Positions 11,716 to 21,545 of a stretch of 64,000 bases of DNA are shown here, piece after piece. The notes under the pieces were generated by a model. That model saw only the letters and a list, made by a program, of their open reading frames with translations. It searched no databases and had not been told where the DNA came from. Positions within the stretch are counted from its first letter, which is position 1. Each line of letters opens with the position of its first letter. This stretch comes from Amphiscolops sp. MND2022 (lineage: Eukaryota): positions 46,936,001-47,000,000 of the forward strand of contig OZ076413.1 in assembly GCA_964187785.1 (NCBI GenBank), in the 5' to 3' direction. The position numbers were made by a program, and so were the translations under genes.

Positions 11716-14700
11716 TTGCTCAATAGAAACGCAAGAAATCAAGCAAGCGAAATGAGTTTGAGCGAATGGGAGTATTTGATACCCTTGAATGAAGCATCTT
11801 GGGAGTCAGATGGCTTTCATGCCACCAACCCATTTGCGAGAGACATAGAAGAGTTAAGTACGCTTAGTACACAAGCCGAAATAGCAACGCCGGATGTGAT
11901 CGCCGACATATTTTTAGACAACCTCATGTCAGATAACCTGTCTAACGTTGAGCAAAATTCGCGAATCGCACAATCAAGCCAGCAAAGTTCCTCGCAAGCG
12001 TCTTCGGACAGCGCTGAACTTGCCAATGAGACTCCCGTGAACCGTAATAATGTGTGGCCTCCTCTGAACACCTCCGTGATCATGACCGGGGACTGGCCGA
12101 ACTCGAATAGAGAACTAGCTACTAGCTCGGACATCAGTAAATGGGTCGAGAATATGAACGTGGGCATGACTTTGGGAGAAATCACACCCCACTTGGGCAC
12201 GAGTGTAGACCCACTGGATTCCGGAGCACCAGCATTTGGCACTAAAGGAGACACATTGGAAGACACTGCTGTGGTTCCGTCAGGAACCCAACTGGGAAAG
12301 CGGAAGACCATAAAAGAAGTGGCTCTCCCGAATTATGCCTTAACTACACCACCACTGATGAATCCCAGCACCTTGCAACTGGAACGCACGACAACGTCCC
12401 AACACTCTGATGCCGGCAGTGTGGCATCCCCGAATTCGACGATTGCCAGAGGCATCAAGGAGACTGAGGCCATAAGGGAAGATTTTGGACGCAACATGGA
12501 ACAATTGAAACAAGTCCAAGTAAAGCTGGCCCAGGAGAATAATAACCATGTCCGGCAGGCGGAAACCCTAGTGATGGAAATGGAAACGTTGCGAAAGGAA
12601 GTAAGCGAGATAAAGATGGAAGGACGTGTCAACCAGGGCAAAATAGAAGCGTCCATGGGATCCATCAAAGACCTGACTGAGAAACGCATATCGGAAATGA
12701 CGGCAATAATGATGCAAAGGGATCACCAAGCAGATGAGCGCCTGAAGCATATGTCCGAAATGATGCACCGCAGAGACTTAGATGTCGACAAACGCATAGT
12801 GGACCTTATGACTACGGTCCAAGACTTAACCCTAGGGGTGAAAACAGTGGTAGCGACGGTACCAAACCGTCCTTCACCTGTGCCGGTGGCACTAAATTCT
12901 GCAGATGTACCATCAACAAGTGCGTTTCATACCCAGAATCCCACCTATCGAGAAATTGCTCAACGCCAAAGTGTGACGAAAACTGATCAAACGAAACAAC
13001 CAAAATTGCAACCACCAGCAATGTACAAGAAGGTGCCCGTGAAAACCCAAGTTTCGACAGCCAATCGTACTGAAGTGCAACACTGTGATATATCTGGCCC
13101 TCCTTCATTCGATCCCTATGCCAGAGGTGCCTCCACAACAGGAGACTACTACTCGGCAGTCAGTAGCCAAATGCCCAATGACATAAAGACAGCATCGGGA
13201 AACACTGAATATCAAACTGCCGTCTCATCAATGCTTGGCACAGAACGCCCAGCACTCTCCAACGGTAACGATCAACTACGGCCGTTAGCCTTGAGCACGC
13301 AGAGGAAGGCAACTTCGAGAAAAAACTTGAACACAGCAACAGTGGTAGAACCTGCTAAAGATAGTCCAAACCCCATATATAGTCAAACGCTAGCAGAAGC
13401 GATAACAACAGCGATGTCCAAAGGCCTGGAACCATTGCTAGCGGCGAAAGAAACCAAAAATAAACCAACCAAGTATCGTGGCACACGTGACGGAATAGTA
13501 GATGGTTGGCTGATGTTGATGAAGCGATATCTTCAGAAAGCCCATGCGAAAGACACTCCATTGGACAAGGCATGGACTATTGTGGAATTCTTAGAAAACG
13601 AGGCACGGGACTATATTACGAACAAATCTGAAGCGGAATGCGATACTGATGAAAAAGTCTTCGCGCTGCTAGCACGAAGATTTGGAACCGGGTCTAACAA
13701 GATCCAAATACAACAACAGTTCCGCACACGTAATCAGTCTCCAGATGAGGATTACATGCAATATCTGGATGCATTGGAAGGTTTGCGCAGCCAAGGTTTT
13801 CCCAACGAGGAAGTTGCGGTAAGATGCTACGAAATCATGCAAAGATTTATCGAAGGTGTACGCAGCTTCGAATTGAAGCGCAACCTCGCACTCATGTATG
13901 CGCAAGAACAGTATGTGGACACACCCCCAACGGTGGAAGCCCTACGATTCACGGTACAACAGTACCTGCGCATGCGTGGTTCAGCCCGTTTGGAAAATTA
14001 TCCTGCACCACAGCAACAACACCAACAGCCGCCTGTCGCAGCAAACCAACAAAACCAGATGCAGGCACCGGCCCCGCAAGCGCCTGCTGCCCAGCACCTC
14101 CCACAACAACCTGCGGCTTTCAGACAACAACCGCAGCGAACATGCTTCAACTGCGGAGACCCCTCGCATTTTGTAGCCGATTGTCCTTTGAAGGATCGAG
14201 CACGGAAACCAGTACAACAAGCAGTCAACTCATGTCGCACGAACCTAGCCGGAGAGTGGGTGTGCCCATCGAACCCACGCGGCATGAATGATGATGTAAT
14301 GCCTGCAACTCTACCGGAACAAGGAACTTCAGCATTTAGCGTCAATTGTGGTCACACCGGCCACGTGGCATCTGATTGTATGATGCCTGACAACGTTGCA
14401 ACAGAAGAACAAGTGAAAGCCGCGTGGTACGCCCCGGGCACAAACTCCACGGACTTTCGAGACACTGAGGACCAAGTAAGAGTGATCTCGACTTCGGAAG
14501 AAGGAGGCCCATCACGTCCAGTGGTTGTGACTTGCGGCGAGAAACAGATCCTAACGACGCTTGAAGCCCCAGCGCCTGATTGTACGGAGACGCTTATATC
14601 CATTCATCTATTGTTATCCGCAGAGCAGAGAGCACGACCCAACCTTACATTGGCTCAATTGAAAGAAGAACTTTGTCGCAACACCAACCTCACCATAGCT

Positions 14701-17700
14701 TCGAGACCCTTGCCACATTTCACCAGAAGTGATGAGACCAAGCTAGCCCCAATACAGAAGGTCAAGACAATCGCACCAGTCCCCATAGCGATCACGGTTG
14801 ATGGTGTAGACATGAGGTTCGATGCGATTGTTGTCCTGGAAGGACACTTTCCGCAAGGCCTATATTTGGGCAGGCAAGAACTACGTTGCTATAACATTGG
14901 AGTGCAGGATGCACAAGGAGATGCACAAATTGATGAGCGAGCCTCGCTAGTCGTTGCATTCGGAACCCCTCTGCAAAAGCCGATACCACTCTTCGGCATG
15001 ATAGACACCGGTTCGGGAGTCTCAATTCTTTCTTTGAGTGCGTACAAGAAAATCGCATCCCCGCATGAGTTGAACTTGTCGCCATATGACATTGAACTCT
15101 TCGCTGCCAATGGCAAGAGCATCACGACCGTTGGTATCGCAGAAGACGTAAGCTTTCAACTTGGCGGATACACTCTGAAGACCAACTTTGTAGTCATAGC
15201 AGATCACATTGGTTCAGAGGATTTCCTCTTGGGTCGAAATTTCTTGCGTACGTACAACGTATTGGTGGATCTAACGGCAATGAAAGTACCCATCCGAGAT
15301 CCCAAAACGCCTAGAATCTTCAAAGCCGTTCATGAGGTAAGTGAACACGAACCATCATTTGTCATTTCCGCCGAAGAAGTAGTCCTAGGTCCATTCGAAA
15401 GGAAAATTGTGCGCGCGAAAATCATCACGCAACAACCCGATGAGTTTCATTTTCGTAACGTAATGGTCCACTCATCTAACATGAAATCCAAGTCGGTCTT
15501 TGTTTCAGAAGATACACTAACCTCCGTGGGAGCAGAGGGTATGATTTTCGTAGCCCTACGAAATCAAACTGACAAAGAACGGGTAAGGATCAAAGCACAG
15601 ACTGTAATTGGCAAAGCGGCGCTCACCACTTTTGTATTGAACTCTGTTCCTTTGCAAAAAAGAGGTGATGATTCGAAGCTTTCAGTGGAATTTGTAAATC
15701 AAGTGCATAAAGATATAGACATGGACACTAGTTCAGAATTTAGTTCCTTTGCCCAAAACTTCTTGTCTTCGACTGAACCGTCTGAGGTAGATTGGTCAGA
15801 GAGTGAAAAGCGAAAGCGAACAGATCCTCAACTGCTAAAAGCAATCCCAGGCCCTGACCTCTCTTCCGTCTTTTCTTCATGGGGGGAAGAGGCGAGAGAC
15901 AAGTTAGAGACTATTTTAAATGAGTACGAAGATCTATTCATGAAAAACAAGTCTGACATAGGTAGGTGTAAGATTGCAAAGCACAGAATAGAGCTAGATT
16001 CGGAGGCTATACCACACCGAGAAGGAGCAAGGCGAATGTCCCCTGATAAAGCAGCGAAAGCCAATCAGGAAGTGCAAAATTTGCTGGCCCTTGGACTGAT
16101 ACAACCCTCCTATTCTCCGTGGGCCAGTGGCATAGTCATGGTAAAAAAGAAAACAGGCGAGCTTCGCTTTTGCTGTGACTTCCGCCCGCTAAATGATGTA
16201 ACAGTAAAGGACGCATTTCCATTGCCCAGGATTGACGAAAGCCTCTCGAGAATTGGGAATGCAAAAATCTTCACGAGCATTGACTTAGCGTGGGCCTTTT
16301 GGCAGATCCCGCTGAAAAAGCGCGATCGCAGAAAAACCGCCTTCGCGTGCGAGCTTGGGCTGTTTGAATGGCGACGCATGCCCTTCGGGCTATGCAATGC
16401 ATCGGCCACTTTTCAGCGATCCATCACTCGAGCTCTACAAAGAATCCAGCAACGACATGGAAGTGTTGTCATGGCATACATTGACGACATAGTAATCGCG
16501 ACAGAGACCATTGAAGATCATTTGGAAAGAATCAAAGAAGTATTCGAATGTCTCAGAGAGGCCGGTTTCAAGATGCGAGCCGAGAAATGTGATTTCATGC
16601 GCACTGAAACCAAATACCTTGGAAGAGTAGTCTCTGCCGAAGGCATAAAGCCAGACCCGGCTGCCGTAAGCAAAATCCAAGAGTGGATGCCCCCAAGAAA
16701 TAGAGAAGAGCTACAAAGCTTCCTTGGATTCGCGAACTACTACCGAGACTTCATTCCTTTTCACGCTGCCAAAGTACAGCCTATGCAGGAGTTGTTAAGG
16801 AAGAACCAACACTTCCACTGGAAAGAAAGACATCAAGAAGCGTTTGATTCAGTGAAACAGGCACTAGCTGACGCCACAGCTTTGGCAGCCCCAAACGATG
16901 AAGGACGTTTTGTTTTGGACACAGATGCCAGTGCAGTTGCTATAGCCGGCATACTGCACCAAGAACAAGAATACAATGAGAAAACCATTCTTCGTCCCAT
17001 CGTTTATGGTAGCAAGTCACTGACTCGAACACAATTGAATTATGGCGCCCCGAAACTGGAAATGTATGCGGTTTTCTATTTCATTGAGAAGTTTCATTCC
17101 TACGTTGCAGGTCGAGAATTCACGCTGCGCGTGGACAACCAGGCTCTCTCGTGGCTGAAGACATATTCAATGGATCAGGCCATGATTGGACGCAGGATTG
17201 CGCGCCTCGACCAATATCACTTCAAGACGATCCACAGACCACGCACGCAACACCGAAATGCAGACGGTCTTAGCAAAAGGACCAATGATTACGTGCATCG
17301 GGAGAAGATTGTGGAAGCTCTACCAGAAGTGAGCAAGGGATTCAGCTTTATGTCCCAGGAAGACTACGAAGAACTCCCAACTGTGCCATATATTGACAAA
17401 CATGGAAAATTCATACTGAACCATCCGGAGCTTCCGCCAGAAGCTCGGGCACAACTCCCTGTATTATACATCTTGAAGAAGCGACCGAAGGAAGATTCAA
17501 CCTCGGATCAGTCTTTGAGTTCCATACCATGGTATCCACAGATACAGTGGGAAACCACCCCGACATCAACCGAAAATGACAGACCAAATTGTATCCTTAG
17601 CGTAACAACCAAAGTGCCAGCGGCACGTCTCGATACCACCCAACGCGACCCAGCGTTGCGTAGATTGCCAACGCACTGTCAAGAACAGGCTGATATCCTC

Positions 17701-18249
17701 AGGCTAGTCGGAACTGAACTTCACGAGCATCAGTCAACGATGCGTGGCCTGAAGGATTTACATCTAGCTCAAAACAGAGATGTTCACCTCCTAGCGCTGA
17801 AGAAGCTCATGAAGAACGAGCCATTGGATGACGCTTTGTTCCCCGAGGATGTGCAAGATTTTGCCAAACGGTACTTTCATCAGAAAAAAGACCTACTGTT
17901 CCTGAACCAAAATGACATTTTATGTGTCAATTACATTCCGCAGCAACGCGCGATGCACGTACGACCGTGTATGATTGTCATGCCCCAGCTCTACCAGCAT
18001 GAAATCTTGTACAGAGCGCATGATGAATCAGGACACCAAGGCGTTGGCAAAGTATTGGCGAGGATACAAGAGCGCCACACTTGGCCAGGCATCAAGCGTG
18101 ATGTCGTCAATCATATTAAGCATTGCTTAACATGCCAACAGACGAAGCATCCCGCTGGGAATCCCTGTTACCCCCTACAGAGTATCAACAGCAGCAATTT
18201 TAATGATCTGGTGCAATTTGAAATTGTGCAAGACAACGTCAGGAAATAA
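11716..18249 (+). CDS. Element A Gag-Pol: capsid, CCHC knuckles, pseudo-protease and protease, dUTPase-like domain, RT, RNase H, integrase Zn finger (first ATG 11752)
   Basis: CFNCGDPSHFVADC (14143), IDTGSGVS (DTG at 15004), LRFCCDFRPLN, MPFGLCNA, YIDD (16477), LDTDAS, NADGLS, AHDESGHQG...CLTCQ. Confidence 0.95.
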   Translation: MLNRNARNQASEMSLSEWEYLIPLNEASWESDGFHATNPFARDIEELSTLSTQAEIATPDVIADIFLDNLMSDNLSNVEQNSRIAQSSQQSSSQASSDSAELANETPVNRNNVWPPLNTSVIMTGDWPNSNRELATSSDISKWVENMNVGMTLGEITPHLGTSVDPLDSGAPAFGTKGDTLEDTAVVPSGTQLGKRKTIKEVALPNYALTTPPLMNPSTLQLERTTTSQHSDAGSVASPNSTIARGIKETEAIREDFGRNMEQLKQVQVKLAQENNNHVRQAETLVMEMETLRKEVSEIKMEGRVNQGKIEASMGSIKDLTEKRISEMTAIMMQRDHQADERLKHMSEMMHRRDLDVDKRIVDLMTTVQDLTLGVKTVVATVPNRPSPVPVALNSADVPSTSAFHTQNPTYREIAQRQSVTKTDQTKQPKLQPPAMYKKVPVKTQVSTANRTEVQHCDISGPPSFDPYARGASTTGDYYSAVSSQMPNDIKTASGNTEYQTAVSSMLGTERPALSNGNDQLRPLALSTQRKATSRKNLNTATVVEPAKDSPNPIYSQTLAEAITTAMSKGLEPLLAAKETKNKPTKYRGTRDGIVDGWLMLMKRYLQKAHAKDTPLDKAWTIVEFLENEARDYITNKSEAECDTDEKVFALLARRFGTGSNKIQIQQQFRTRNQSPDEDYMQYLDALEGLRSQGFPNEEVAVRCYEIMQRFIEGVRSFELKRNLALMYAQEQYVDTPPTVEALRFTVQQYLRMRGSARLENYPAPQQQHQQPPVAANQQNQMQAPAPQAPAAQHLPQQPAAFRQQPQRTCFNCGDPSHFVADCPLKDRARKPVQQAVNSCRTNLAGEWVCPSNPRGMNDDVMPATLPEQGTSAFSVNCGHTGHVASDCMMPDNVATEEQVKAAWYAPGTNSTDFRDTEDQVRVISTSEEGGPSRPVVVTCGEKQILTTLEAPAPDCTETLISIHLLLSAEQRARPNLTLAQLKEELCRNTNLTIASRPLPHFTRSDETKLAPIQKVKTIAPVPIAITVDGVDMRFDAIVVLEGHFPQGLYLGRQELRCYNIGVQDAQGDAQIDERASLVVAFGTPLQKPIPLFGMIDTGSGVSILSLSAYKKIASPHELNLSPYDIELFAANGKSITTVGIAEDVSFQLGGYTLKTNFVVIADHIGSEDFLLGRNFLRTYNVLVDLTAMKVPIRDPKTPRIFKAVHEVSEHEPSFVISAEEVVLGPFERKIVRAKIITQQPDEFHFRNVMVHSSNMKSKSVFVSEDTLTSVGAEGMIFVALRNQTDKERVRIKAQTVIGKAALTTFVLNSVPLQKRGDDSKLSVEFVNQVHKDIDMDTSSEFSSFAQNFLSSTEPSEVDWSESEKRKRTDPQLLKAIPGPDLSSVFSSWGEEARDKLETILNEYEDLFMKNKSDIGRCKIAKHRIELDSEAIPHREGARRMSPDKAAKANQEVQNLLALGLIQPSYSPWASGIVMVKKKTGELRFCCDFRPLNDVTVKDAFPLPRIDESLSRIGNAKIFTSIDLAWAFWQIPLKKRDRRKTAFACELGLFEWRRMPFGLCNASATFQRSITRALQRIQQRHGSVVMAYIDDIVIATETIEDHLERIKEVFECLREAGFKMRAEKCDFMRTETKYLGRVVSAEGIKPDPAAVSKIQEWMPPRNREELQSFLGFANYYRDFIPFHAAKVQPMQELLRKNQHFHWKERHQEAFDSVKQALADATALAAPNDEGRFVLDTDASAVAIAGILHQEQEYNEKTILRPIVYGSKSLTRTQLNYGAPKLEMYAVFYFIEKFHSYVAGREFTLRVDNQALSWLKTYSMDQAMIGRRIARLDQYHFKTIHRPRTQHRNADGLSKRTNDYVHREKIVEALPEVSKGFSFMSQEDYEELPTVPYIDKHGKFILNHPELPPEARAQLPVLYILKKRPKEDSTSDQSLSSIPWYPQIQWETTPTSTENDRPNCILSVTTKVPAARLDTTQRDPALRRLPTHCQEQADILRLVGTELHEHQSTMRGLKDLHLAQNRDVHLLALKKLMKNEPLDDALFPEDVQDFAKRYFHQKKDLLFLNQNDILCVNYIPQQRAMHVRPCMIVMPQLYQHEILYRAHDESGHQGVGKVLARIQERHTWPGIKRDVVNHIKHCLTCQQTKHPAGNPCYPLQSINSSNFNDLVQFEIVQDNVRK

Positions 18250-19393
18250 TGGATTGCTAGTCATCATCGACCATTTTACCAAGTTTGCAGAGGCAATCCC
18301 ATGTGCACACGATGAATATGACGCACAGACGACTGCAAAGATTATCCTAAACAAATGGTTCGCAAGACATGGCACTCCTGCCAGAATGCAGTCTGACAAC
18401 GCCACCAATTTCACTGCCGAAATTGCTCAAGAATTGATGAAAGCTTCGCAAGTAACCAAGGTAACGTCTACTCCAGCTCATCCGAGAGGCAACGGTCTAG
18501 TGGAACGCCAGAACCGAACGTTGCTTACCCTGCTCAGAGTTTACACGTCACGCAGGATGCTTGACTGGGATGAGCACATAGACGGAGTCTTGGGTGCCTA
18601 CAATTCGACCAGACATGCAACAACAGGATTTTCCCCGTACATGCTCCAACATGGCGCGGAAAAGTCCATTCCGCTCTCATTCATATACCCAGAATTCGCA
18701 GCACGAGAGTTCGAATCCAAAGAAGAATTCGTAGAGCACCTACTTGCTAGACAACAAGAAATCCACGAGCTTGTCCGCCGAAATACTCATCAAGCGCAAG
18801 TACGACAAAAACAGAAGTTCGACAGACATTTGAAGGCAAAAGCTCATGCCGTGGGTGATGCCGTTTGGGTTTTTTGCCATATAATTCCCAAGGGTGGTAC
18901 CCGCAAACTTCTGCGTGCCTGGCGTGGACCTCACAAGGTCACGGATGTGTTGCAAGATGGAAGATTATATGTGCTAGATACAGGTCAAAAAGTTCATTTT
19001 GAGCGTCTGAAGAAGCATGTGCCAGCACCATGGGATTGGGCAGCACATCAACCCTTTGGGTTGGACCAGAATGTCGCCATCATTGCAGATCCGTACGTGA
19101 AAGAGAGCAATGAGGAGATAACGTCAGACATATCCCGTGACTCATTCCTTCCAGAACAGCTGCCGGAAGCATTGTTCGAAATGGAACCAACCGCGCCTGT
19201 CCCACCGCGCACGATCCAGACGCGCACTCAATCTGCTTTGGAACAAGGAATCCCACGTAGACGATTTAGTCACTTCGGATATCCGTCTGAATCTGACTCT
19301 GACCGAGAATCCATGAATCAACCCATTGAAGAAGAACAACAACCAGTTGTTTACCCCGAACTCGATGACTTGGAACCGCTATACTCAGACTAA
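18203..19393 (+). CDS. Element A integrase core (continues Gag-Pol after a frameshift lesion near 18215)
   Basis: LVIIDHFTKF, MQSDNATNF, HPRGNGLVERQNRTL, GFSPY, WRGPHKV, VHFERLKK. Confidence 0.93.
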   Translation: MIWCNLKLCKTTSGNNGLLVIIDHFTKFAEAIPCAHDEYDAQTTAKIILNKWFARHGTPARMQSDNATNFTAEIAQELMKASQVTKVTSTPAHPRGNGLVERQNRTLLTLLRVYTSRRMLDWDEHIDGVLGAYNSTRHATTGFSPYMLQHGAEKSIPLSFIYPEFAAREFESKEEFVEHLLARQQEIHELVRRNTHQAQVRQKQKFDRHLKAKAHAVGDAVWVFCHIIPKGGTRKLLRAWRGPHKVTDVLQDGRLYVLDTGQKVHFERLKKHVPAPWDWAAHQPFGLDQNVAIIADPYVKESNEEITSDISRDSFLPEQLPEALFEMEPTAPVPPRTIQTRTQSALEQGIPRRRFSHFGYPSESDSDRESMNQPIEEEQQPVVYPELDDLEPLYSD

Positions 19394-19402
19394 GAAGAAG
19401 TC

Positions 19403-21346
19403 TTGCCAAAACCACTACCAAGTCTGATACCCTCACCATCAGGAACGTCCGCACCATTACTATCGAACCCAGCTTTAACCGACACATTGAGCAATTTCCC
19501 ACTGTTCAGTTCTCGAGCTGCTAGCTCGGTAGGACTAGAACTTGCCGAAGAAGTTGAACCCCAAGAAGGAACTGACAGGGAAATACAAGAACCCAAGCAA
19601 AGTATGGAAGCATTACCCCCATCACGAAGAATCGCAAATAAAAGAGGAAGACCAAGAGGCAGACCTCAAGGTCGTAGAAGAGGAAGTGTCACTTCATCAA
19701 GTCAAGCCCTTACAAGAACTAGCAGACCATATACCAGATCAAGAGGCCGAGTAAGAATCAGAGCTCAGTCTAGAACCTTGGAACGTGCAATGACACTACC
19801 CAACATTGCGGAAAGCACGTCACCAGAGCAACGACAAGCGGAACAATTAAACCCCCCACGAGCCGCACCTTATCAGCTACGACGCAATAGAGTACCTAGA
19901 TACAGGTGTGGAACCTGTGGTTCCCGTAACTGCAGCTGTGTCAACCTAATCAAAGGGAGACCACCGGACCAACGATTGGCCCGGGGAGAGGACGCCTCTG
20001 CCCCTGCCTTGGCTGACACCGAGACGTTCGAGAACCATGCACAACACACTATCCGGTCCATACAAGCTGAGGATCAGGATATTCCACGAGTACACCATAT
20101 CGTAATAACAATAGAAAAGACCTACTCGAGCGTCGGACCAGGAGTGATCCCTCCGATGGAAACCACACTCAAAGCCATGCAAGGAACGTCACTCTCAGAC
20201 TGTCCCACCTATCGGTTCAAGGAGTGGACGTGGCACGAAAAGAGTGGGCTAGAATTCACGTTAGCCGCTATCATTCCCCCACTCCCACCATCGATGGTGT
20301 TTGGAAAAATAGAACCAACAGACACGAAAGTAGCATTGGAACGCTGTATCACCGCGCAGAAGCTATGGCAACAATACGGTGTGACTTCACCTCCTGGAGA
20401 TGTGTATCATCCAACGACAGGATGGTGGCTACTAGTCACTTCTCTGGACGAGACATCCCCAGTGACTCGAGGAACACTATTGATTTGCTTAGAAAACTTG
20501 CGCACACTAGTGGAGTTCGATGACACACTTTGTTTCCACCTAGCAGACATCTATCGCGGAAAATTCCTTAGTCAACATTGGTTGCAGCTACTAGCTATCA
20601 CTTTATGTCGACAAGCCAGAATACGTCTATTGGACAAATACACCTATACGTTCGAGAACCCAGTGACTGTGCTTGAAGCACTTTCCGTAGTTCATGATTG
20701 GTCTTGCACGAATTTGGGAGACAGACCCTTACGCAGGACAGTATGGCAAGACCGAAAAGCCATTTTAGATCATCTCACGCCAAGACAAGACAATCAAAGC
20801 ACTGTCACGGGAAAACTGCTGACGACCCACCCCAAATTCAAGCCGAACTACCTGTCATGGATTTCCTACGAAGAAACCGACATTCTTCAAGCCCGTGGTA
20901 CCGTGGCGATATGCTGTCCAGCAGATTTGCTCTCATATTCAGCAATGGCACGTTACGTCATCCGAGAATATGGTCAGGAGGAAATTTTCCGACTACGACC
21001 AACTGTGGGAAAAGCAATACGCCTAGCTAGATCACCAAATGCGCCGTGGAATAACGAAATGTTTCTAATATTCACAAGAGCCTCTAACAAGCATCCTATT
21101 CTACATGATGTGCTACATCTGTGCCTGACTGACCTGGTACAGAAGCTTACACGAGCACAAATTACCCGAATCCACCTTCCTATCCATGATCCTGGAAGGT
21201 CAATCAACTTGCTACCAGCTTGGTATTCAATGTTGAGAGATCATTTCATCGACTCGAACATCGACATAGTTCTCCATGATAGGGTGTACGTGTCAATTGC
21301 ATCTGTGAGAACATACCCTAATCAAGTCAAGCACAAGCTAGACTAA
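19403..21346 (+). CDS. Element A post-integrase extension: AT-hook, Cys cluster and two macrodomain-like (TARG1/Poa1-like) modules; in frame with integrase past a single TAA
   Basis: KRGRPRGRP (about 19640), CGTCGSRNCSC (about 19907). ISYEETDIL...VAICCPAD...MFLIFTR...LHLCLTDL...IHLP...IDIVLH resembles the TARG1/OARD1 macro fold by eye. Confidence 0.65.
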   Translation: MPKPLPSLIPSPSGTSAPLLSNPALTDTLSNFPLFSSRAASSVGLELAEEVEPQEGTDREIQEPKQSMEALPPSRRIANKRGRPRGRPQGRRRGSVTSSSQALTRTSRPYTRSRGRVRIRAQSRTLERAMTLPNIAESTSPEQRQAEQLNPPRAAPYQLRRNRVPRYRCGTCGSRNCSCVNLIKGRPPDQRLARGEDASAPALADTETFENHAQHTIRSIQAEDQDIPRVHHIVITIEKTYSSVGPGVIPPMETTLKAMQGTSLSDCPTYRFKEWTWHEKSGLEFTLAAIIPPLPPSMVFGKIEPTDTKVALERCITAQKLWQQYGVTSPPGDVYHPTTGWWLLVTSLDETSPVTRGTLLICLENLRTLVEFDDTLCFHLADIYRGKFLSQHWLQLLAITLCRQARIRLLDKYTYTFENPVTVLEALSVVHDWSCTNLGDRPLRRTVWQDRKAILDHLTPRQDNQSTVTGKLLTTHPKFKPNYLSWISYEETDILQARGTVAICCPADLLSYSAMARYVIREYGQEEIFRLRPTVGKAIRLARSPNAPWNNEMFLIFTRASNKHPILHDVLHLCLTDLVQKLTRAQITRIHLPIHDPGRSINLLPAWYSMLRDHFIDSNIDIVLHDRVYVSIASVRTYPNQVKHKLD

Positions 21347-21545
21347 ATCGCAGTGGCACCAAAAGATAGCCACTTGAAAGGCTATTTGCCTTCCTTTTTA
21401 ACCTACATTTTGTTTTAACCAATGTTGGAAACTAATTTTAATGAAGACCGCTGAATCTGTCTTTGTTAAGTGTTTTTACTAGGTCAATTGTATACCGTGT
21501 ATTCCTTCTTGCGTTCATGTGGAAAAATCTTTTTAGCCTAAATCA

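Noticed and set aside
18203..18249. Possible programmed frameshift between RT-RH and integrase in element A
   Set aside because: It falls inside the integrase catalytic motif (VQF-[D]-LKL; the first Asp is missing) and has no slippery heptamer, so a small deletion is the better explanation.
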